Assembly (NCBI GenBank): GCA_022822405.1
Contig: JAJEBT010000092.1
Coordinates: forward strand, 8,164-72,163
Direction of reading: 5' to 3'
Length of the DNA stretch: 64,000 nt
Origin: Alphaproteobacteria bacterium
GTDB lineage: Bacteria; Pseudomonadota; Alphaproteobacteria; MPNO01; UBA830
Every line of letters starts with the position of its first letter. Positions within the stretch are counted from its first letter, which is position 1. Both the position numbers and the translations under genes were made by a program. The notes beneath the pieces were generated by a model. The model worked only from the letters and a program-made list of their open reading frames with translations. It had not been told where the DNA came from and did no database searches. Below, piece after piece: positions 1 to 8,588 of the stretch.

Positions 1-510
1 AAGAAGGACGATCCTCCGGGCGCTGCCGTCGCCCTCGACGGGATCCGGCGCGTGGTCGCCCATGTCGACCGGGCTGTCAAGGATGGCTCGGACCGGGAGG
101 CGCGCTGGCACATGGCAATGGCAGCGCTCCAGGGCGGGATCGCGATTTACAAGGGGCTTGGCCCCGTGCACGCCCTGGCCAACACCTTCGGCGATGCCGA
201 CCTCCACCACGGCATGCTCGTCACCGCGAGCGCGCCCGCGGTCGTCCGCTTCTACGAGCCGCATCTTGCGCCACGGCTGGCCGAGATTGCCGCTGCCATG
301 GGACTTTCCGGAAAACCCGACGTCGCCGCCGGTATCGAGGAGATCAACGACCGGCTCGGCCTTCCGGCATCGCTTCGCGAGATGGGTTACGACGGGAGCG
401 ATCTCGAGGAGATGAGCGAGGACGCGCTTGCCAGCCACTTCAATCTCGCCGCCCCGGTGGTGCCGACGCGGGAGGAGTACCGCCAGATCATCGCCGAGGT
501 CCTCGGATGA
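1..510 (+). CDS. Iron-containing (group III) alcohol dehydrogenase family protein, C-terminal part; 5' end lies outside the window
   Basis: Frame 1 is open from base 1. The C-terminal region GLGPVHALANTFGDADLHHGMLV matches the metal-binding His region of Fe-ADH / maleylacetate-reductase type enzymes. Confidence 0.8.
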   Translation, partial: KKDDPPGAAVALDGIRRVVAHVDRAVKDGSDREARWHMAMAALQGGIAIYKGLGPVHALANTFGDADLHHGMLVTASAPAVVRFYEPHLAPRLAEIAAAMGLSGKPDVAAGIEEINDRLGLPASLREMGYDGSDLEEMSEDALASHFNLAAPVVPTREEYRQIIAEVLG

Positions 511-605
511 AGCCGCGGCCGCGCGCGAATTGCCATCCGTGACCGAGCCGATAGAATGATGCCGGCCGCGGACGATCCTGCCCGCGCCCCAAGAAGGAAA
601 GCTAT

Positions 606-1301
606 ATGACCGACGGACCGCACGAGCGGGAGGATGTTGCCGTCTACGAGCGCCAGGGCTTCGGCGCCCGCGTCGGCTTCGGGACATCGCCCGCGCTCCT
701 GATCATCGACTTCATCAACGGATTCAGCGATCCCGACCAGTTCGGCGGCGGCAATATCGGTGAGGCGATAGACCGCACCGCGGAACTTCTCGACGTCGCC
801 CGCCACATGGACCTTCCCGTCGTCTACACGACCCATGTCTATGCCGAGGACGGCAGCGACGACGGAATCTTCAACCTCAAGTCTCCGGGCCTCGCGAAGC
901 TGAAGCCGGGGTCCCGCGAGACCGAGGTCGTCGATGAGCTGGCGCCGCGCGAGGGCGAGAGGATCATCGCCAAGCACTATCCGTCGGGCTTCGCCCACAC
1001 TGACCTCGCGGCGTGGCTGGCGCGCCGGGGTGTCGACACAGCGATCGTCACCGGCTGCACGACATCCGGCTGCGTGCGGGCCACCGTCGTCGACGCTATG
1101 TCGAACGGTTTCAGGCCGATCGTGCCGCGCGAATGCTCGGGCGACCGGGCCGCCGGTCCGCACGAGGCCAACCTCTTCGACATCGACCAGAAATACGGCG
1201 ACGTGATGTCGCTCGAAGAGGTTCTCGACGAGCTCGAGAAGCTGGCGCCGGGCCAGGCGCGCATACGTTCGGGCCGCGACAAGGGAGACGCCGAGAAATG
1301 A
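606..1301 (+). CDS. Cysteine hydrolase / isochorismatase-family amidase (maleamate amidohydrolase NicF-like or N-carbamoylsarcosine amidase-like)
   Basis: LLIIDFINGF and VTGCTTSGCVRATVVDA (catalytic Cys region) are typical of the family. SD AAGGAAAG lies upstream of the ATG. The stop overlaps the next start (ATGA). Confidence 0.8.
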   Translation: MTDGPHEREDVAVYERQGFGARVGFGTSPALLIIDFINGFSDPDQFGGGNIGEAIDRTAELLDVARHMDLPVVYTTHVYAEDGSDDGIFNLKSPGLAKLKPGSRETEVVDELAPREGERIIAKHYPSGFAHTDLAAWLARRGVDTAIVTGCTTSGCVRATVVDAMSNGFRPIVPRECSGDRAAGPHEANLFDIDQKYGDVMSLEEVLDELEKLAPGQARIRSGRDKGDAEK

Positions 1302-2101
1302 CCGATTCCCTCGGATACAGGGCCAACTGGGCCGTTATCATACCTTCCACCAACACCGCCGTGCAGCCCGAATTCGACGACATGCGCCCGCGCGGCGTGA
1401 CCAACCATACCGTACGCATCTGGATCCCCGATGATCCGGTGAATTCGGACGAGGAATTCAACGCGCTGATGGACAACATCCGCGGCGAGTTCGACAACGC
1501 GATCCTGCGCGTCATCACCTGTAACCCCGACTACATCGTGATGGGCATGTCGGCCGAGACCTTCTGGGACGGGCTCGCCCAGTCCATCGAACTCCGCGAA
1601 CGCGTCAAGGAGCTGGCGGGGCGCGGCGTTGCAATGGGCTCGGACGCCTGCCAGGCGGCGCTCCGGTGTTACGGCGACATCCGCCGAATCTGCGTTCTCA
1701 CGCCCTATTGGCCGGTCGGCGACCGCAACGTCCAGAAGTTCTTCGAAGATTGCGGTTTCGAGGTCGTCGCGATCAAGGGCCTCAAGTGTGACAGCCCGGC
1801 CAACATCGCGCAGGTGACCGAGAGCGAGCTGCGCGAAGGGCTGATCGAGCTCAACGAGCACAATCCCGAGGCCATCGTCCAGGTCGGTACCAATCTGGCC
1901 ATGGCAGCGCTCGCTGGAGAAGCCGAAAAATGGCTGAAAAAGCCAGTACTTGCGATCAATACCGCAACCTATTGGTACGCCATGCGTGCGAATGGATTCG
2001 ACGACATCGTCGAGGGTTTCGGATCGCTGATGACCGATTTCCGAGAACTGCCGGCGAGCTATCTCGAGACGGATGCTGGGCGGAACGCGCTCGCCGCCTA
2101 G
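1298..2101 (+). CDS. Maleate cis-trans isomerase / Asp-Glu racemase (arylmalonate decarboxylase) superfamily protein
   Basis: N-terminus WAVIIPSTNTAVQPEFDDM and the later VLTPYWP / VQVGTNL pattern fit maleate isomerase-like proteins. ATG 1298 forms an ATGA overlap with the upstream amidase. The longer ORF call from 1013 is an out-of-context extension. Confidence 0.75.
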   Translation: MTDSLGYRANWAVIIPSTNTAVQPEFDDMRPRGVTNHTVRIWIPDDPVNSDEEFNALMDNIRGEFDNAILRVITCNPDYIVMGMSAETFWDGLAQSIELRERVKELAGRGVAMGSDACQAALRCYGDIRRICVLTPYWPVGDRNVQKFFEDCGFEVVAIKGLKCDSPANIAQVTESELREGLIELNEHNPEAIVQVGTNLAMAALAGEAEKWLKKPVLAINTATYWYAMRANGFDDIVEGFGSLMTDFRELPASYLETDAGRNALAA

Positions 2102-2113
2102 ACCCTGCTCACG

Positions 2114-2330
2114 CTAACGCACTGCATCGTGGATGAGTGCCAAGTGGATGAGGCCAGGTAACAACGCATCGAGTTTCTCGAAGCGGCAGAAGATGCGCCG
2201 GAAGCCCAGCCGTCGGAACTTTAGCTGCACACTTGAAGTGGAGCCACCGAGTCAAAATAGCGGAGGCAAGGTCTCGATAGCCGATTTTATGGCACAGATA
2301 TTTTCCCGAATTCGGAGCCCCGATGCACCT
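2114..2330 (-). pseudogene. Remnant of the C-terminus of an IS5/IS4-type DDE transposase
   Basis: Minus-strand translation gives VQLKFRRLGFRRIFCRFEKLDALLPGLIHLALIHDAVR*, which resembles the conserved LK.FRRIATRYEKL....L.L tail of IS5-family transposases. An in-frame stop and a frame change lie just upstream, and no intact ORF is present. Confidence 0.35.
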
Positions 2331-2484
2331 CCAGTTTGAGAAATCCGCGTCTGGAGGCCGGGCTATAGCGAGGACGAGGGTAGCCGTATCGGCGTAATTT
2401 GCAGGAGAGGCCTGAACAGCTCGACACGAGTGCGAGCGACTGGCTTTTATTCTCGCTGGAAATCCTTTCAGGCCTTCTGTTCGA

Positions 2485-3468
2485 GTGCGGGCATGGTCCG
2501 ACGTGGGAAAAACGAAGCAACGTGATGACGTAGTGAAACACCAACAAGAAGAGGCCGGGTTCGTCCTGCCCGAACCCTCCGCGATCCTCGACCTCACGAT
2601 GGACGACGGTGCGCCGATACGCGTAGTGCGCCATGGAAACTCGTCCGGCCCGCGCGTCGTGCTGAGCCATGGCAATGGCTTTGCGAGCGATTCCTACTTT
2701 CCATTCTGGCGGCTGATGCTGGAGCGGTTCGACCTCGCCCTGTTCGATATTCGCAACTGCGGACGCAACCCGTTTCACACGGCCGAGGCGCACCATTATC
2801 CTCGCTTTGCGCGCGACAACGCGGCGGTGCATGGCGCCATCGCCGGGGAATGGGGCGAGAAGGTTACCATCGGCGTCTTCCACTCCATGTCGGCGATCGC
2901 GGCGCTGCTCTCGACCATAGAAGATGCCTGGCACTGGGATGCGCTGGTGCTGTTCGACCCGCCGGTGGTTCCGCCGGAAGGCACGCCGCAGCGCGGCGCT
3001 CTGATGACCGAGGGCACGGCGCTGCGCGACGCCGCCCTGATCCGTAAGAACCGATTCCCGAGCCCCAACGAGCTGGCCGACATATTCCGTCACCTGCACC
3101 GGTTCCGGCGCTTGCGGAAGGGGGTGGCGGAACTCAACGCACGCTCGGTGCTGCGCTTCGATCCCGTGTGCGGAGAATGGCTGCTCTGCTGCCCGGGGCC
3201 GGTCGAGGCCGGTCTCTACACGGAGGTCGCTGAGCTGCCGATCTGGGAGAAGGCGGGTCCGCCGGCCCGCCCACTCCTGATCGTCGGCTCCGACCCGGAA
3301 TCCCGGGACGCGTCGAAGAGCGCACCCTGTTGCAAGTTATTCTGCGAGACGTTCGGCATCGATTATGCCTTCGTCCCTGATACCAGTCATCTCCTGCAGT
3401 TCGAGGAGCCGGAACGGTGTTTCGCTGCGTTCGATGATTTCCTTGCCGACAATGGGATCGTCGCATGA
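2485..3468 (+). CDS. Alpha/beta hydrolase fold protein (paralog of 17377..18243)
   Basis: SHGNGF, FDIRNCGRN and the nucleophile elbow GVFHSMSA are present, with a C-terminal SHLLQFEEPE His region. About 40% identity by eye to the second copy. The start is uncertain (GTG 2485, ATG 2599 or an internal non-ATG codon). Confidence 0.8.
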   Translation: MRAWSDVGKTKQRDDVVKHQQEEAGFVLPEPSAILDLTMDDGAPIRVVRHGNSSGPRVVLSHGNGFASDSYFPFWRLMLERFDLALFDIRNCGRNPFHTAEAHHYPRFARDNAAVHGAIAGEWGEKVTIGVFHSMSAIAALLSTIEDAWHWDALVLFDPPVVPPEGTPQRGALMTEGTALRDAALIRKNRFPSPNELADIFRHLHRFRRLRKGVAELNARSVLRFDPVCGEWLLCCPGPVEAGLYTEVAELPIWEKAGPPARPLLIVGSDPESRDASKSAPCCKLFCETFGIDYAFVPDTSHLLQFEEPERCFAAFDDFLADNGIVA

Positions 3469-3499
3469 CCGCATTGCAAGAAGAGCGAAGGAGAACGAA

Positions 3500-3553
3500 A
3501 TGTGTTTGAGTAGACGAATCGCCGCGGCACTGCTCGCCGTCCCACTTTCCTAA
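3500..3553 (+). other. 17-codon ORF (MCLSRRIAAALLAVPLS) with a strong SD, terminating at the IS left boundary; possibly the severed 5' end of a gene
   Basis: AAGGAG at 3487-3492 lies 7 nt before ATG 3500. The hydrophobic start resembles a signal peptide. TAA at 3551-3553 sits 2 nt before the IS inverted repeat. Confidence 0.3.
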
Positions 3554-3565
3554 AGCCTGTTCATA

Positions 3566-3584
3566 CTAACCCATGTTTAACATT
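3566..3584. repeat. IS left inverted-repeat core
   Basis: CTAACCCATGTTTAACATT matches the reverse complement of 5692-5710 at 18/19 positions. The outer 8-mer CCTGTTCA (3556-3563) pairs with TGAACAGG (5721-5728). Confidence 0.6.
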
Positions 3585-3761
3585 TTTGCGGCCAGGAGGG
3601 GTGATTTTGGTGGTTTTGAGGCGTCTGGCGTCATCATGTATATGTGAATAGTGTTGAATTACATGAGGTTAGCTGATTGGGCGTTTTTCGAATCGCGATT
3701 GTAGTGCCATCTTTTATCCTCAGGCTCTTGCGCCGGGCCGCGGTCTGCCTACAGTGGTCCC

Positions 3762-5585
3762 ATGTTCATCCGCGCCACCAGAACGGGCACCGCCAGGGAC
3801 GGCTCTGCGCGGCTTTCCCATCGCCTCGTCGAGAACCAGCGCCGTGACGGCAAGGTCCGCCAGTCGACTCTGCTCAACCTGGGCCGGCACTTCGCCATCG
3901 AACGGGACGCCTGGCCCTTGTTGTGCCAACGCATCGGAGAGTTGCTTGACGACCAGTCGACACTGGGTCTCCGGTCTCCGCCGCCACAGATCGAGGCCGA
4001 GGCCCGCCGGATTGCGGCACGGCTTCTGGAGCGTCGGGCAGAGGAGGCGGTCGTGGCGGACTGGGAGACCGTCGATATCGGGTCTGTCCGCGACATGGAC
4101 GGGCGCACCATCGGTATCGAGCATGCCGCCTTGTCGGCCCTCGAGGTTCTGGGCCTTCCCGCGTTGTTCGACGAGCTGGGCTTCAACCGGCGCCAGCGCT
4201 GCTGCGCCCTGGGGTCCATCATCGCCCGCATGGCGCACCCGGGATCGGAACGCGAGACCAACCGCTGGCTGCGCAAGACGAGCGCGGCCGGCGAGCTGCT
4301 CGGCTTTGACTTCGGCGCTGTCAGCGCCATGGCGCTCTACCGGGCATCCGATCAGCTTCTTCGCCACCAGGAGCGGATCGAGGACCATGTCTTCGACACG
4401 GTGGAGAGCTTCTTTGGCCTGAAGCCCACGATCACGCTCTACGATCTCACCAACACCTTCTACGAGGGCAAGGCTGAGGCGCAACCCAAGGCCAGGCGGG
4501 GTCATTCGAAGGAGGGGCGCACGGATGCACCCCTGTTGACCCTGGGTCTGGTTCTCGACGGCTCGGGCTTTGTCCGTCGCTCTTGCGTCTTTGCCGGCAA
4601 CGTCACCGAGGCTCATACGCTGGGCTCGATGCTGGCCTCCCTGGGGGCGCCCCGGGGCGGCGTGGTCATCATGGACCGCGGCATTGCGACGAAGGCCAAC
4701 CTCGCCTGGCTGCGTCGTGAGGGCTACCGCTATCTCGTGGTCTCCCGCGACGCCACCCGGGTCTTCGACACACAGAGGACGGCCACGAGGGTGGTCACCT
4801 CGTCCCGCCAGGCGGTGGATGTCTACACCGACGAGGTCGGTTGTGCGGAAGACGACGGCACGCCCTACCGGGAGGTTCTCCTGCGCTGTCACTCCGCAGC
4901 CCGGGAGACCAAGGAACGGAGCATCCTGGAGCGCTTCCGGAAACGCTTCGAGGACGGGCTGAGGGATCTCCACGAGGGCCTCTCCAGACCCCGCACCCGC
5001 AAGAGCCTCGACCACGTCGAGCGCCGCATCGGGCGCCTTGAGAAGGCCAACGCCCGCGTCGCCCGGCACTACGAGATCACCGTCACTCCCGACGATGACG
5101 GCGCCAGGGCGGTTGCCGTCTCCTGGACCCTCAGGACGGTCGAGGGATCCATGATGAGCCACCCGGGGGTCTACTGCCTGCGTTCCAACATCCTCGACCT
5201 CGATGCCGAAACCCTGTGGCGCACATACGTTACATTGACCGACGTCGAGGCCGTGTTCCGTTCCTTGAAATCCGAGCTCGGCCTGCGCCCCATCTTCCAT
5301 CACAAACAGCACCGTGCTGACGGCCACCTCTTCATCTCCGTCCTCGCCTACCAGGCCGCGCAGGTCCTGCGCACCCGCATGAAACGGGCCGGCGCTTCGG
5401 ACAGCTGGTCCTCCATCCGACACTCTCTCAACCCCCTGCAGCGCACCACAACCACCTTCACCCGCAGGGACGCAAGAACCCTGCATGTGCGAAAGACGGC
5501 GCTCTGCGACGACCAGCAGGCCGCCATCTATCACGCCATGGGCATCACCCCGCCGCCGCCCAACGTCCGCAAGACCGTGGTCTGA
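3762..5585 (+). CDS. IS1634-family transposase
   Basis: YDLTNTFYEG, RRGHSKEGRTDAPLLTLGLVLD, VIMDRGIATKANL and the C-terminal DVEAVFRSLKSELGLRPIFHH ... GHLFISVLAY are the characteristic IS1634/IS4 DDE blocks. Confidence 0.9.
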   Translation: MFIRATRTGTARDGSARLSHRLVENQRRDGKVRQSTLLNLGRHFAIERDAWPLLCQRIGELLDDQSTLGLRSPPPQIEAEARRIAARLLERRAEEAVVADWETVDIGSVRDMDGRTIGIEHAALSALEVLGLPALFDELGFNRRQRCCALGSIIARMAHPGSERETNRWLRKTSAAGELLGFDFGAVSAMALYRASDQLLRHQERIEDHVFDTVESFFGLKPTITLYDLTNTFYEGKAEAQPKARRGHSKEGRTDAPLLTLGLVLDGSGFVRRSCVFAGNVTEAHTLGSMLASLGAPRGGVVIMDRGIATKANLAWLRREGYRYLVVSRDATRVFDTQRTATRVVTSSRQAVDVYTDEVGCAEDDGTPYREVLLRCHSAARETKERSILERFRKRFEDGLRDLHEGLSRPRTRKSLDHVERRIGRLEKANARVARHYEITVTPDDDGARAVAVSWTLRTVEGSMMSHPGVYCLRSNILDLDAETLWRTYVTLTDVEAVFRSLKSELGLRPIFHHKQHRADGHLFISVLAYQAAQVLRTRMKRAGASDSWSSIRHSLNPLQRTTTTFTRRDARTLHVRKTALCDDQQAAIYHAMGITPPPPNVRKTVV

Positions 5586-5691
5586 CGCAACCTGCAATCA
5601 CAAGACCAAAGCGCGGCAGGTCAGCCGCAAAACCCACTTGTAGTGCCACTCGGATTCTTACTCCCTTGACTCTACGCCGCTTTTTGCACTC

Positions 5692-5710
5692 AATGTTAAA
5701 GATGGGTTAG
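5692..5710. repeat. IS right inverted-repeat core
   Basis: AATGTTAAAGATGGGTTAG is the reverse complement of the left core with one mismatch. Confidence 0.6.
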
Positions 5711-5779
5711 CTTGGGTTGGTGAACAGGCCTTCGCAAACTGATCGGAGAGGCTGCGTGTCGGACGACCAGAATCTGGGA

Positions 5780-7081
5780 ATGTTTCAGTCGAGCCCGGAA
5801 GAATGGGCTGCGAGTCGCGAGCCGCGGCCTGCGTGCCCGGTCACCGGAATGGCAGCCGAGTTCGACCCTTTTGGCGCTTCCCATGTTGCCGATCCCTTCG
5901 AGTTCTTCAGGCGCGCCCGGGACGAGGAACCTGTCTTCTACGATCCTGAGTCCGGCTACTGGGTCGTTCTCAACTATGACGATATCGTGGCCGTCCTGCG
6001 CGATCCGGCAACGTTTTCGGCCGCGCTCGCCAGGCATCCGGTGACTCCGCTGTGTCCGGCGGCGGCAGAGATGCGCGACAGCCTCGACATCTCGATCGAG
6101 CCGTCGCTCGTGGACGAGGAGCAGGAAACGCACCTCCGCCACCGCAAGATATTCGGCGATGCGTTCACGCCGAAGCGCGTGGCCGAGATCGAGCCCAGGA
6201 TCCGCGAGATTGTCAGCGACTACATTGACCGCTTCGTCGATGACGGCTGCGCGGAACTGGTAGGCCAGATGCTCTACGAAGTTCCCGCGCTCGCCATCTT
6301 CATCTTTCTCGGCGCGGACGACGACAAGGCGGTCATGGTCAAGAGGCTCGGCTCCTCCAGGGCCGTGGTCAACTGGGGCCGGCCGACCGAAGCCGAACAG
6401 GTTCGGATGATGGCGCAGATGGGAGAACATTGGGCCTTCACGAAGAAACTGGTCGATGACGCGCTGGCCGATCCCGGGGACAACTATCTGGGAGACCTGG
6501 TCCGCCTCCACCGCGAGGATCCTGGCATCTTCACGGTCAACTATCTCTGCAACGTGATGTTCCTGATGCAGTTTGCCGGCCATGAAACGACCACCCAGAC
6601 TGCCGCCAACGGCATGAAGGCGCTGCTTGCCGACCGCAGGCAGTGGGAGGCGATCTGCGAGGATCCCAGCCTGATTCCCGCTGCGGTCGAGGAGATACTG
6701 CGCTACGATTCATCGATCTTCACTTGGCGGCGCATTGCCACGAGGGACACCAGGATCGGCGGGTTGGACATTCCCAAGGGAGCCAGGATCCTGGTTGCAC
6801 TCGGTTCGGGCAGCCGCGACGGGAAGGTCTTCGCCGACGGCGACGGTTTCAATATCTTTCGGAAGCAGGCAAAGAGGCATCTGGCATTCGGCCACGGTGC
6901 GCATTTCTGCATGGGCGCACCGCTCGCGCGGCTGGAGTTGAGGATCGTCCTCGAGGAACTGGCGCGGCGGCTGCCGCACATGCGGTTGGTGCCCGGCCAG
7001 CAATGGGAGTACATTCCCACCCTGACATTTCGGGGCGTGCAGAAGTTGCTCGTCGAATGGGATGTTTCCGGAAACCCGTGA
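5780..7081 (+). CDS. Cytochrome P450
   Basis: Heme-binding loop FGHGAHFCMGAPLA, I-helix FAGHETT and EEILRY (ExxR) are present. The start is uncertain. Candidates are GTG 5756 (preceded by GGAGAGG), ATG 5780 and ATG 5849. The ORF is open back into the IS right end. Confidence 0.9.
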   Translation: MFQSSPEEWAASREPRPACPVTGMAAEFDPFGASHVADPFEFFRRARDEEPVFYDPESGYWVVLNYDDIVAVLRDPATFSAALARHPVTPLCPAAAEMRDSLDISIEPSLVDEEQETHLRHRKIFGDAFTPKRVAEIEPRIREIVSDYIDRFVDDGCAELVGQMLYEVPALAIFIFLGADDDKAVMVKRLGSSRAVVNWGRPTEAEQVRMMAQMGEHWAFTKKLVDDALADPGDNYLGDLVRLHREDPGIFTVNYLCNVMFLMQFAGHETTTQTAANGMKALLADRRQWEAICEDPSLIPAAVEEILRYDSSIFTWRRIATRDTRIGGLDIPKGARILVALGSGSRDGKVFADGDGFNIFRKQAKRHLAFGHGAHFCMGAPLARLELRIVLEELARRLPHMRLVPGQQWEYIPTLTFRGVQKLLVEWDVSGNP

Positions 7082-7370
7082 AAACGCAGGCTGAGCGGCT
7101 CTTCGAGAGACCACCGCAGGCCAATACGGCACGGCCAGGGGATGAATGGGAACAGACCGGAAGACATACCGGTCGTTTCGATCGCCGCGGTAACAGCCAA
7201 GACTCGGTGGTCCGGGCAATTCTCTAGCCAAACGGTTCAATGTTGCGGGACGGCAGGCAGTCTCGCACCGCTCGAGCAGTCTTCTGAAGCCGCAATGGCG
7301 CGCCCGCGTTGGAGCCGGCCCGGCCCGTTGGTATCGTGCACCATTCTGCAACCGGCTGTGGAGAGTTCGA

Positions 7371-8363
7371 ATGCCGATGGCGGCAGTAATTCATGAGAAG
7401 GGCGCTCCCGACGTCTTTTGCTGGGAAGAAGTCGAGGTCGGGGCGCCTGGAAGAGGAGAGGTGCGCGTCCGCAACGAGGCGGTGGGAGTGAATTATGTGG
7501 ATACATACCACCGCCGCGGAATGCCGCACCCCTGGCCGGTGCCTGCATTGCCTCTCGTCCTCGGTTTCGAGGGCGCGGGCGTGGTTACCGATATTGGCGA
7601 AGATGTCGAGGGCTTGTCTTCGGGCGACAGGATTGCGTACGCGATGCCGCCGCACGGCGCTTACAGTCAGGAACGGATCTATCCGGCGGAAAAAGTGGTT
7701 CGGGTGCCAGACGGGATCGGGGCACGGGATGTTGCGGCCCTGATGCTCAAGGGACTGACCGCGCAATATCTCCTGCGGCGGACCTACCGGGTCGAGCCCG
7801 GCGACGTGATCCTGGTGCATGCCGCTGCGGGCGGTATGGGCCAGATCCTTTGCCAGTGGGGCAAGCATCTTGGCGCCATCGTGATCGGGACTGTAAGCAC
7901 TTCAGAAAAGGCGGAACAGGCCCGCGCGGCTGGTTGCGATCACGCGGTGGTTCATGGCGAGGGAGACTTCGTTGCAACCGTCCGGGATGTGACCGGCGGC
8001 GAGGGGTGTGCCGTGGTCTATGAATCGATCGGAAGGGACACGTTTCGCCGTTCTATGGATTGCCTGCGTCCGCTCGGCATGATGGCAAGCTACGGTCATG
8101 CTTCCGGCCCGTCCGATCCGGTCGACGTGATCGAGCTCGGTGCACGCGGCTCGCTGTTCCTCACGCGGCCTGCCATCATGCACTACATGGCCAGGCGGGA
8201 GGACCTCGTTTCAGGGTCCGGGGAGCTGTTCGAGGTGGTCCAGAGCGGAGCAGTCAGGGCCGCCGTCAATCACGTTTACCCGCTCCGCGAAGCGGCCGAG
8301 GCCCATCGCATGATCGAGGCGCGGCGAACGACCGGGGCAACGGTTCTGCTGCCGTTCGAGTAG
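7371..8363 (+). CDS. qor: NADPH:quinone oxidoreductase (zeta-crystallin-like MDR family)
   Basis: GVNYVDTYHRRG, LGFEGAGVV and the AAAGGMGQ nucleotide-binding motif are present. SD GGAGAG lies 5 nt before the ATG. Confidence 0.85.
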   Translation: MPMAAVIHEKGAPDVFCWEEVEVGAPGRGEVRVRNEAVGVNYVDTYHRRGMPHPWPVPALPLVLGFEGAGVVTDIGEDVEGLSSGDRIAYAMPPHGAYSQERIYPAEKVVRVPDGIGARDVAALMLKGLTAQYLLRRTYRVEPGDVILVHAAAGGMGQILCQWGKHLGAIVIGTVSTSEKAEQARAAGCDHAVVHGEGDFVATVRDVTGGEGCAVVYESIGRDTFRRSMDCLRPLGMMASYGHASGPSDPVDVIELGARGSLFLTRPAIMHYMARREDLVSGSGELFEVVQSGAVRAAVNHVYPLREAAEAHRMIEARRTTGATVLLPFE

Positions 8364-8588
8364 GAACGTCGGGGCGGTTCTGGCGCCCATCCATCCGATC
8401 GCGGTATCGACCCGGATCTTGGGGTTCCTGTGCAGCCCGCCGGTCAACCGCTTCCGGAAGTCGCCGAAATGTCGGTTGTGCAACTCTGGCCTGTCGGTAT
8501 GATCGGGTCCTTGCCAACCTGACGGCGCGGCCGCGACGGTGCCGAGTCTCCGTCACCGGCGGTCCCGCTCCAGTGCGGGGGTCCGGAC

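Larger units (their letters stand above)
3556..5728 (+). mobile_element. IS1634-family (IS4-like) insertion sequence, apparently intact
   Basis: A single 607-aa DDE transposase ORF is flanked by low-GC ends. The imperfect terminal inverted repeats are CCTGTTCA..CTAACCCATGTTTAACATT (left) and AATGTTAAAGATGGGTTAG..TGAACAGG (right). Confidence 0.8.

Noticed and set aside
2941-2975. A 25-nt identical stretch (GCGCTGGTGCTGTTCGACCCGCCGG) shared with 17721-17745 in the paralogous hydrolase. I considered it as evidence of gene conversion or a repeat element.
   Set aside because: It encodes the conserved peptide ALVLFDPP. With strong GC3 codon bias, identical amino acids give near-identical DNA, and flanking DNA diverges immediately.
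3720-5597. A 625-aa minus-strand ORF covering the whole transposase gene. Many similar long ORFs lie antisense to or out of frame with annotated genes, for example 12934-15423, 16771-17910, 20105-21949, 21796-23154, 26016-27491, 27715-29268, 29275-30405, 31601-32896, 36142-37470, 45027-46286, 47790-49361, 53935-55059, 55244-56575, 55339-57048, 58262-59761, 59061-60377 and 61121-62260.
   Set aside because: Their translations are Arg/Ala/Gly/Pro-rich and low in complexity, with no family motifs. The overlapping frame in each case encodes a protein with clear family signatures. Long shadow ORFs are expected in high-GC DNA because stop codons are AT-rich.
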